DNA of 64,000 nucleotides, taken from a virus. Shown in pieces: positions 58,143 through 64,000 of the stretch. Position numbers and translations under genes: made by a program. The stretch covers positions 1 through 64,000 of IMG/VR virus record IMGVR_UViG_2716884766_000001. One strand, 5' to 3'. The notes beneath the pieces are model-generated. The model was given only the letters and a program-made list of their open reading frames with translations, did not search any database and was not told where the DNA came from. Positions within the stretch are counted from its first letter, which is position 1. Every line of letters starts with the position of its first letter.

Positions 58143-58655
58143 TTATAGATACCCTGCTACTTCACATCCTGGTTCATCATAGAACCACGATACAGACAAA
58201 TCGTCAAACTGTTCACGGATTGCGTAACAAATCTCTTCGGGTGGCGACCATGCTGTATCGAATGTTACTTGAAATCCATGTGGCATGTCAGAGTCCTCTA
58301 TATCCACACAGTAGCAATCCCACTTCGTTCCCCAGTTATGGACTCTCCAGTTGTACCATCTATCATCATTTACATCAGTGCTAGGGAAATATAAACCCCT
58401 GCCAAAACCTTTGTCTTTATATACTGGCAACTCACCGACCTCACCTCTAGGGTTAGAGAATGAATATTCTTTGACATCACTCTCAGCAAGTGGAACTTTA
58501 GACCAGTCTGGTTCGGGTATGAATGATCCAAACACTGTGTCAACTGGTTCTTTAAGTTCATCAGCAAGTGCCTTGTTAAAGATTGCGTGTAGTTTGAGAA
58601 TTGCTGTTGTATCCTCTGAGTAGAATTCTACTCTGTTGTGACAATGATTAGGCAT
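58143..58655 (-). CDS. DUF1281 / YubB-type ferredoxin-like domain protein
   Basis: MPNHCHN...WYNWRVHNWGTKWD...FDTAWSPP...FYDEPG signature; TAAGGAG Shine-Dalgarno; start re-placed at 58655. Confidence 0.8.
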   Translation of the reverse strand: MPNHCHNRVEFYSEDTTAILKLHAIFNKALADELKEPVDTVFGSFIPEPDWSKVPLAESDVKEYSFSNPRGEVGELPVYKDKGFGRGLYFPSTDVNDDRWYNWRVHNWGTKWDCYCVDIEDSDMPHGFQVTFDTAWSPPEEICYAIREQFDDLSVSWFYDEPGCEVAGYL

Positions 58656-58678
58656 AAACTCCTTAGTTGTATAATACA

Positions 58679-58787
58679 ATTATACTGCCACAGGTGACAG
58701 TATGGTGAAAAAATGGACACTAATATAAGTGGCACATAGCCACGTGAAAAGAAGCATGGTCCTTGCTATAATGGGGGTAGAGCTCAT
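58679..58787. promoter_or_regulatory. Bidirectional promoter module with palindromic box, copy 3 (direct repeat of copy 2)
   Basis: ATTATA(58679)-GGACACTaatataAGTGGCAC(58715-58735)-TGCTATAAT(-10 at 58767)-GGTAGAGCTCAT; spacing identical to copy 2. Confidence 0.8.
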
Positions 58788-58951
58788 AATTCCTCTATGT
58801 CCTCTATGACCCATTCACCTGCATATTCGTCCTCAACATCGAATGCATTTACATTCTTATGCAGGAGCTCTTCGGCTTCCTGCATTGTTTCTGCTTCGAC
58901 TAGCACGGTGAAGTAATTCACCTCGCTGCACTGGATTCTAAATTGATTCAT
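58784..58951 (-). CDS. 55-aa protein, DpnD/PcfM-like (not in ORF track)
   Basis: MNQFRIQCSEVNYFTVLVEAETMQEAEELLHKNVNAFDVEDEYAGEWVIEDIEEL; V.VEA....EA motif; ATGA overlap. Confidence 0.65.
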   Translation of the reverse strand: MNQFRIQCSEVNYFTVLVEAETMQEAEELLHKNVNAFDVEDEYAGEWVIEDIEEL

Positions 58952-59139
58952 TCGGGTTTCATTGTAAAGTGTAAATCATTGACTAGGAACCCGCTGCTAG
59001 CGGTTAATTGTTCGCAGAGGTCTTGAAGGTCTGTTGCTTCCCAGATCCCCCAATGATCCTCTGTTATTGCTTCGCGGTTAGTCTTTGAGATCCACTCCTC
59101 ATCGAATGCGAAATTGACTTGAGTTACGAAATATTTCAT
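58948..59139 (-). CDS. Hypothetical early protein (start re-placed at 59139)
   Basis: MKYFVTQVNFAFD...GIWEA...DL...LT...GFLV; GGAGG Shine-Dalgarno and ATGA overlap. Confidence 0.7.
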   Translation of the reverse strand: MKYFVTQVNFAFDEEWISKTNREAITEDHWGIWEATDLQDLCEQLTASSGFLVNDLHFTMKPE

Positions 59140-59438
59140 TTGAATGAAACCTCCCTCATGTCGCATGAGTACATTACAGAGTCTTGACGAAATGCTCTTT
59201 TGTATGCTTCACCCACTTCAAATAATGCGTCCTCATACTGTCTACCAGTAACAGAGAAACAAACTATTGCTTCCATTGTTCCTTTGTAGATCCCCATACC
59301 GTGAGTAATTGTGGCATACTCAAGACGGGTGAGCACTTCATCTTTGATGAACTGTTCTAACATCTGATTGGTGACAGTTCCCTCGTCTCCGATGTTTCTG
59401 CCGACTGTTAGTGTGGTTGTCTCCAAGGTTAACCTCAT
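59136..59438 (-). CDS. DUF3574-like protein (PII/ferredoxin-like fold)
   Basis: GRNI...G.VT...EQFI..EV..R...T....G.YKG..E...YKRAFRQDSV pattern. Confidence 0.7.
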   Translation of the reverse strand: MRLTLETTTLTVGRNIGDEGTVTNQMLEQFIKDEVLTRLEYATITHGMGIYKGTMEAIVCFSVTGRQYEDALFEVGEAYKRAFRQDSVMYSCDMREVSFK

Positions 59439-59452
59439 TGATTGATATCTCT

Positions 59453-59549
59453 ATAATAGTTCCTAGCCCTGACTAATACAAGTGATAGTGTGCACTAATA
59501 AAAGTGGCACACTCAATGCACTATACGGTGCAGGATTTGCTATTATAAT
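59453..59549. promoter_or_regulatory. Divergent promoter pair around palindromic box, copy 4
   Basis: GTGTGCACTaataaaAGTGGCAC (59488-59510) with TATTAT on both strands, each 41.5 bp from the centre; lies between divergent genes 59438(-) and 59553(+). Confidence 0.75.
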
Positions 59550-59552
59550 AAT

Positions 59553-59756
59553 ATGAAAAACTTCCAAGAATTCATCGACTACTGCCTAGACTTCTACGGG
59601 TGGAATGGTCTATACGACCAAGGTCGAACACGTGAGCAAATTGCTTACGCTACTCTATACTACCTTGACTCATGTAATGATCAAATTACTTGGGGATATG
59701 GTGACTCACTCGACAGAGAAAGAGTCCGTGACATTATGAACGAGTTGTACGACTAA
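59553..59756 (+). CDS. Hypothetical early protein
   Basis: 67 aa; FIDYCLDFYG..GLY...GDSLDRERVRDIM; apparently leaderless. Confidence 0.75.
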   Translation: MKNFQEFIDYCLDFYGWNGLYDQGRTREQIAYATLYYLDSCNDQITWGYGDSLDRERVRDIMNELYD

Positions 59757-59989
59757 TGGCATATTGTGACGTTTGCGGTAACTTTGATGATTCTCATTTT
59801 GAGGATCTCAAAGAGACCTATCAAGACATACCCAAAGATGCACATCAGCCTGATTTGTATTATTATTGGGATGCACCCATAGAAGAGGACTATTCCTGGC
59901 GAGATGCACACCCACACGTAGACTGCATGTGTGAAATCTGCTTTGATATAGCTAATCATGATAAACAAATAATATGGGCTGATCATTAA
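59756..59989 (+). CDS. Small Cys-rich (putative Zn-binding) protein
   Basis: CDVC near the N-terminus and CMCEIC near the C-terminus; TAATG coupling. Confidence 0.7.
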   Translation: MAYCDVCGNFDDSHFEDLKETYQDIPKDAHQPDLYYYWDAPIEEDYSWRDAHPHVDCMCEICFDIANHDKQIIWADH

Positions 59990-60051
59990 TGAAACTAAAA
60001 AAGAAACCAAAGAGACCAGGACCAATGCCTGTAGTCATCACCCCAGACAGT

Positions 60052-60110
60052 GTGACACTTACACAAACTGTCCACACATGTCCCAAATGCGGTTTTACCG
60101 CTGCTATAAT
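60052..60110 (+). promoter_or_regulatory. Palindromic box copy 5 plus extended -10
   Basis: GTGACACTtacacaaACTGTCCAC (60052-60075) and TGCTATAAT (-10 at 60105). Confidence 0.75.
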
Positions 60111-60136
60111 AGAAAAGTAAACAACCGAGGTAAACC

Positions 60137-60367
60137 TTGAAATTAAACTCAATCGCTAAAAACCAAACTGAAGTCACCCTCTCAAATGGTGATCAGGTAT
60201 TTTTCAGTTACAGGACCCCAGTCGCGTGTTACATTGCTAAAAAGGGACGCTATGCAAGAACTGATGCATGGTACTCATCAACCACTACAAGACATATTAA
60301 CAAGTGGTTGGGCAATCTTGAGTACGACGTAATCCCCCAATCATACCTAGACGAGATCACCCTCTGA
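60137..60367 (+). CDS. Hypothetical phage early protein (TTG start)
   Basis: FFSYRTPVA...YSSTTTRHINKWL motif; GAGG Shine-Dalgarno upstream. Confidence 0.75.
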   Translation: MKLNSIAKNQTEVTLSNGDQVFFSYRTPVACYIAKKGRYARTDAWYSSTTTRHINKWLGNLEYDVIPQSYLDEITL

Positions 60368-60394
60368 TCTCCTAGGTATCAAATGATACAACAA

Positions 60395-60423
60395 AACCCC
60401 GACAGGTCATCCTGTGCGGGGTT
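60395..60423. terminator. Intrinsic terminator between convergent genes
   Basis: AACCCCG-ACAGG-tcat-CCTGT-g-CGGGGTT hairpin; minus strand followed by TTTTGTTGT. Confidence 0.7.
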
Positions 60424-60444
60424 ATCCCAGTGCAACTTGACAAA

Positions 60445-60621
60445 CTACTTGCAGGGCACCTGGTAACAGAGTCCTTCGAGTACATAATAATCTGCCAGCT
60501 CGTAGAGCTCTGGATACTGCTCGATTAGATCCGTATCCAGTAGAAATTGGACGATTTCCACTGTGTCACACGGTGATAGCGTCCCGCTGTGATATTCTGC
60601 TATAATATCCTTATAGTTCAT
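60445..60621 (-). CDS. Hypothetical protein (likely start MNYKD at 60621)
   Basis: ORF-track protein; ATAAATA late-like motif at 60642-60648 upstream. Confidence 0.65.
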   Translation of the reverse strand: MNYKDIIAEYHSGTLSPCDTVEIVQFLLDTDLIEQYPELYELADYYVLEGLCYQVPCK

Positions 60622-60625
60622 AGAA

Positions 60626-60787
60626 TTAATAGTCTTCATGGTATTTATTCTTACTTTGAGACTTAATCCTCTTACTATTAGATATCATATCACCATAGCC
60701 ACTTCTCTCTAGATCCTCAATATCATTCATTTCTCTCATTTTCTGTGAGAATGACTCTTTTTTGTATCTTTTGCTACTTTTTCCCAT
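60626..60787 (-). CDS. 53-aa basic protein (not in ORF track)
   Basis: MGKSSKRYKKESFSQKMREMNDIEDLERSGYGDMISNSKRIKSQSKNKYHEDY; fills the gap between two genes. Confidence 0.6.
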   Translation of the reverse strand: MGKSSKRYKKESFSQKMREMNDIEDLERSGYGDMISNSKRIKSQSKNKYHEDY

Positions 60788-60789
60788 TC

Positions 60790-61089
60790 CTATACTATTT
60801 GAGATAAAGTACCATTTCTTACCAGTTCATTAAATTTCTTCCCTAGTGAGAGATGTTGCTCCTTTACAAACTTTTCTATCTCTTTCACAAATTCTGAGAG
60901 GTTCTCAGTATAGTTATAGAAATATTCAGTATCTCTACCTTGGAAGATTATTCCCACTTTCCCATCTTTTATTTGAATCTGGTTAATAGCTGTACTTATC
61001 TCAGAAATGTCAAAAACGACATCTTTTACCACTTTCCGCGACTTTCTGCGTTTTGTAGCGGTTTTTACCTTTTTCGCAGTTTCTGCCAT
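60790..61089 (-). CDS. KTSC-like domain protein with a basic N-terminal tail
   Basis: STAINQIQI...VGIIFQG...EYFY...SLGKKFNELVR resembles KTSC (S..I......L.V.F..G..Y.Y...S.G.[YF]FN..IR); AAGGA Shine-Dalgarno. Confidence 0.55.
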   Translation of the reverse strand: MAETAKKVKTATKRRKSRKVVKDVVFDISEISTAINQIQIKDGKVGIIFQGRDTEYFYNYTENLSEFVKEIEKFVKEQHLSLGKKFNELVRNGTLSQIV

Positions 61090-61114
61090 GTTCCTTTGTT
61101 TTTGTTATATTCTA

Positions 61115-61208
61115 ATTATATCAGAGATTCTCGGAGAAAATACCAAAAGTGGACAGTTTTATTTCTGGCACACTCTCGCTTGACTTTCGAGTGACCGCAG
61201 GCTAAGAC
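61115..61208. promoter_or_regulatory. Palindromic box copy 6 with flanking promoters
   Basis: GTGGACAGTtttattTCTGGCAC (61149-61171); minus-strand TATAAT at 61115-61120 (40.5 bp); plus-strand TTGACT-N17-TAAGAC at 61180-61208 (42.5 bp). Confidence 0.7.
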
Positions 61209-61295
61209 AGCAATTCCTCCGCACATTCTGGAGGTATTCTGTACATATTCTAAGGTCACTCTATTCTCACTCTAGTTCTCTCAGATACATTTATT

Positions 61296-61502
61296 TTAAC
61301 ATTTAATTAAACTACGATTTATAGTCCCATGCTCTGAATAAGTAGAAGCATCGTCCAACAAAACAGTTAAGTTCTTGAAAGGACCATAGAATCTGTTAGA
61401 GTTATCATAACTCCAAAAGTGCCCCTTCCGCGTGTTCTTCGTAACTATGGTCACTGATCCCTTTGAGGTTGAGATCACTGTCTTCGATGCTTGATTCCAC
61501 AT
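61296..61502 (-). CDS. Possible hypothetical protein (MWNQ start)
   Basis: 68 aa; YGPFK motif; overlaps the 3' end of the upstream ORF by about 100 nt. Confidence 0.45.
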   Translation of the reverse strand: MWNQASKTVISTSKGSVTIVTKNTRKGHFWSYDNSNRFYGPFKNLTVLLDDASTYSEHGTINRSLIKC

Positions 61503-61728
61503 AGGATTTAATAAGTTTAACTGATGACCAGAGATGACGATAGATACAAACATTGACTTGTCTGTCTCTACTACTCTCTGTTCCCTCTATTGTTAAAGTG
61601 AAGTATGATGTTGGTGTATGCTTATGTAGATGATTAGGTGTTGCTATACAAATACAATTTACATAGCCTCTATACCCATCTACCTCTACTAAATCCCCTT
61701 GCTTGAACTGTAGTGGCATAGCATCCAT
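61405..61728 (-). CDS. Hypothetical protein (SH3-like N-terminus)
   Basis: FKQGDLVEVDGYRGYVNCIC...VCIY..W; CTAAATA at 61743-61749 upstream. Confidence 0.65.
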   Translation of the reverse strand: MDAMPLQFKQGDLVEVDGYRGYVNCICIATPNHLHKHTPTSYFTLTIEGTESSRDRQVNVCIYRHLWSSVKLIKSYVESSIEDSDLNLKGISDHSYEEHAEGALLEL

Positions 61729-61758
61729 ATCAATACTGACTCTATTTAGATTGGGTGC

Positions 61759-61817
61759 GAGAAAACAAAACGGTCTGGATACACACAGTTAAAGTATCCA
61801 AGTGGTTTGTTTTCCCT
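61759..61817 (-). ncRNA. Structured 5' leader or small RNA hairpin
   Basis: GGGAAAACAAAC-cacu-UGGAUAC-N11-GUAUCCA-gacc-GUUUUGUUUUCUC starting at the predicted TSS of a consensus promoter. Confidence 0.5.
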
Positions 61818-61823
61818 GAGTAT

Positions 61824-61881
61824 ATTATAGTCTGTTAGTGTGTATGTGTCAACCCATGTGTGATGGTTTATTATCTGTCCA
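61824..61881 (-). promoter_or_regulatory. Consensus sigma70 promoter TTGACA-N17-TATAAT plus degenerate box copy 7
   Basis: Plus strand ATTATA at 61824-61829 and TGTCAA at 61847-61852; TGTGATGGTttattaTCTGTCCA at 61859-61881 centred 41.5 bp from the -10. Confidence 0.8.
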
Positions 61882-62418
61882 TGATAATGGTATATTGTCC
61901 ATGTTTACTGTTAAATTAAATGATAATACTGTTCTACGTTGTTCACTTGTGTGTGGATGTGTATAGTGGTGTAAGAAACTAGGAAATAGAATAAGGTCAC
62001 CTTCCTCTACCTCTGGTTCATATGTTAACTGCTCTCCTGTAATGAAGTGGTCGTATGGTGCGATGAAGTTAGTAGGTCTATGATACTTGGAGTTGTACTC
62101 AATGTATAATACTGCTGAGTATCCACCATGTCCATGATTATGTGTTGGATGATACATGTATGGGAGTGCTCGTTCATACCATGCTCTTACAATACGTGGA
62201 TCACAATTATAGTCATGTGCGAACCAACTTAGTTCATCATGTAGTATATCTGATATGTCATTGATATAATTATTGTCACCACGATAGTCAGAGAGTACTT
62301 GTTCGTCTCCCTGTACCATGTCCAGTGTGTCTATGTGTCTCAATAGCCTTTGTTTCTTCTGTTCCCACCAACTACACTTGTAGTGTGTCAGTGGTATATG
62401 AAACATGTTTATATCCAT
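61849..62418 (-). CDS. 2OG-Fe(II) oxygenase (TIGR02466-like)
   Basis: HPTHNH...SAVLYI...EGDLILFPSFLHH...RTVLSFN; start may be 62406. Confidence 0.85.
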   Translation of the reverse strand: MDINMFHIPLTHYKCSWWEQKKQRLLRHIDTLDMVQGDEQVLSDYRGDNNYINDISDILHDELSWFAHDYNCDPRIVRAWYERALPYMYHPTHNHGHGGYSAVLYIEYNSKYHRPTNFIAPYDHFITGEQLTYEPEVEEGDLILFPSFLHHYTHPHTSEQRRTVLSFNLTVNMDNIPLSWTDNKPSHMG

Positions 62419-63644
62419 GCTGTTGCGGGTTTACCATGCTTGAAGATAGTATCAACTGTGCGTTGTACTCTCTTTGCTGTTGCCTTACCATAGTTATTAT
62501 ATACAGGTATACTTATGAACCCTGTTGGTTTGTTGTAGTTATGGTATGCTCTAGGTCTCAATGTACCATTGCTGATATTGTTTCTATCCTGTGTGTCAAG
62601 TCGAATTACACGTCCGATAGTCTGTGCCATTTCAACTGTCGATAGGTTACGTAACAGTACAACATTAGTCAGACCAGATACATTGATACCTTCTGACAAT
62701 ATACTGTAATGAAACAGTACGAACTTCTGACCAGTAGCACTGAATGTGTCCAACTGTGTGAAGAACTGACTACGTGATACCTTCTTACCATTGATGATAG
62801 CACCATGCTTAGATGTAATAGTCATGACATTATAGTCTGCTTGACGTAGATCACGGAATAGATCTGTGAATGCCATCATAGCATTGATAATACGTGCTGA
62901 CGGTGCTGATACTAATACTCTCTCAGCATCATCAGCATTAATGACTCTTAATACTGTCTCAGCATCAATGTCTGCTACCTCTTCACGTGTCCTTACAGTG
63001 TCCACTGTGTGTACATTTACTGTCGGAGGAAGTATAGCACCACAATCAAGTAATTCATCTGCTGATACTGTGATTAGATTATTACCATATACATCCTCAT
63101 TGTTCATGCCACGTTCATGTTTAGCACTCATTTTAGGTGTAGCAGTGAAGAAGTACTTACGTCTGCTCTGCTGTGACACAATAGATGTAGCCTCAAAAAA
63201 ATTGCGTTGCGTAGTGTTGTGTGCTTCGTCACAATAGAAAGTGTCTACGAAGAACTGGTTATTTGCTATCTTGTGAAGACTATGATATGTAGTGAATAGT
63301 ATTACATGAGCACCGAATGTATGTGCTGAAGATACGAACCTCATGATGTCATCCTGTGAGGTCACAGAATAGAATGGAGAGTCACCACTGTGTACACTAC
63401 CAATCTTGTAGTTAGATACACTGTTAAGTATCTCATTGAACTCATTAGCAAGTTGTAGTGCTAACATAATACGTGGAGCAGCAACTACAGTAAGTGTAGG
63501 ATAGTCACTCTGAACTAACTGAGTACGTAAGTCCTCAATCATACAAATAGTCTTACCACCACCTGTAGGAATATACACTGTGCCATGCTCATTGTTGTAT
63601 AGAGCGTCGATAGTGCGTTCTTGATGTGGTCTGAGTGATAACAT
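62409..63644 (-). CDS. SF2 (ResIII/DEAD-like) helicase
   Basis: LRPHQ, PTGGGKT (Walker A), DEAH, TATP, LSEGI, QTIGRVIR; start re-placed at 63644, downstream of the promoter at 63666. Confidence 0.88.
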   Translation of the reverse strand: MLSLRPHQERTIDALYNNEHGTVYIPTGGGKTICMIEDLRTQLVQSDYPTLTVVAAPRIMLALQLANEFNEILNSVSNYKIGSVHSGDSPFYSVTSQDDIMRFVSSAHTFGAHVILFTTYHSLHKIANNQFFVDTFYCDEAHNTTQRNFFEATSIVSQQSRRKYFFTATPKMSAKHERGMNNEDVYGNNLITVSADELLDCGAILPPTVNVHTVDTVRTREEVADIDAETVLRVINADDAERVLVSAPSARIINAMMAFTDLFRDLRQADYNVMTITSKHGAIINGKKVSRSQFFTQLDTFSATGQKFVLFHYSILSEGINVSGLTNVVLLRNLSTVEMAQTIGRVIRLDTQDRNNISNGTLRPRAYHNYNKPTGFISIPVYNNYGKATAKRVQRTVDTIFKHGKPATAWI

Positions 63645-63665
63645 AGTTGCTTCGTTGTTATCACT

Positions 63666-63723
63666 ATTATAATGTAATTTGATAGTCAATTCATGTAATA
63701 GTGTACAGTTATTCTATTGTCAC
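63666..63723 (-). promoter_or_regulatory. Palindromic box copy 8 plus -10 element for the helicase
   Basis: GTGTACAGTtattctATTGTCAC (63701-63723), centre 41.5 bp from the minus-strand TATAAT at 63666-63671. Confidence 0.75.
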
Positions 63724-64000
63724 AACCCCTTCGTAGATTGCCCTGTTAGCAATATATCTCTCCCATGCTCTAGCATCTATCTCCCATGGTTCATCCCAAT
63801 ACTTAGTGAAGGGAGATACTATTTGCTTATGCCATGTGCTACTACCGTCTCTCTTCTGTCCCCACTCTCCCTTGACACGTTGTTTCACGTGTACCATTTC
63901 ATGTGCGAGTGTGACTAGGTAGTCCCATTTACTGAGACCATTATGTATTTGTATCTCAAAGAATCGTGGACGTGTAGCACTGTCCAGACATAGCATCTGT
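63709..64000 (-). CDS. Zincin-like metallopeptidase (HExxH), probably 5'-truncated by the window edge
   Basis: TLAHEMVHVKQR...PWEIDA; the frame stays open to position 64000. Confidence 0.75.
   Translation of the reverse strand, partial: QMLCLDSATRPRFFEIQIHNGLSKWDYLVTLAHEMVHVKQRVKGEWGQKRDGSSTWHKQIVSPFTKYWDEPWEIDARAWERYIANRAIYEGVVTIE

Noticed and set aside
59753-60177. Minus-strand ORFs 59753-60025, 59952-60152 and 59995-60177
   Set aside because: They are antisense to better-supported plus-strand genes and promoter, with no motifs.
57389-63723. CRISPR array, or CRP/NtcA/Pho boxes, as the identity of the repeated palindromes
   Set aside because: Copies are hundreds of bp apart with whole genes between them, and there are no cas genes. 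Half-site spacing does not match CRP or NtcA, and Pho boxes are direct repeats.
1-64000. tRNA, rRNA, integrase or transposase genes
   Set aside because: No cloverleaf, rRNA-like or recombinase signatures were recognised by eye; tRNAscan-SE or Infernal would be needed to exclude them formally.

Overview
This window is part of a T4-like marine cyanomyovirus genome (Kyanoviridae-type, AT-rich, probably infecting Prochlorococcus or Synechococcus), almost entirely on the minus strand. In transcription order (right to left): (i) 56.2-64 kb is an early/hypervariable region of short ORFs (zincin peptidase, SF2 helicase, 2OG-Fe(II) oxygenase, KTSC-like, DUF3574, DUF1281-like) driven by sigma70-like -10 elements; (ii) 52.6-56.1 kb holds small genes including a PsbN-like protein and PAAR; (iii) 0.5-52.6 kb is a late structural module with gp25, gp6, a 4940-aa gp7, gp8, a VrlC/DUF4815 protein, 2377-aa and 4471-aa fibre-like proteins and three Gly-rich paralogues; a truncated tryptophan halogenase closes the left edge. 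Two signals stand out. First, gp7 and the 4471-aa fibre are not built from tandem repeats: two repeat domains (a ~100-aa Cys/His beta module and a ~140-aa helical module) are inserted recursively inside one another like nested brackets, up to 7-8 levels deep and including circularly permuted copies, which predicts branched, tree-like virion appendages. Second, eight copies of a palindromic box in the early region sit 40.5-42.5 bp from -10 elements, often on both sides, giving bidirectional or antisense promoters. All assignments come from reading the sequence by eye; no searches were run.
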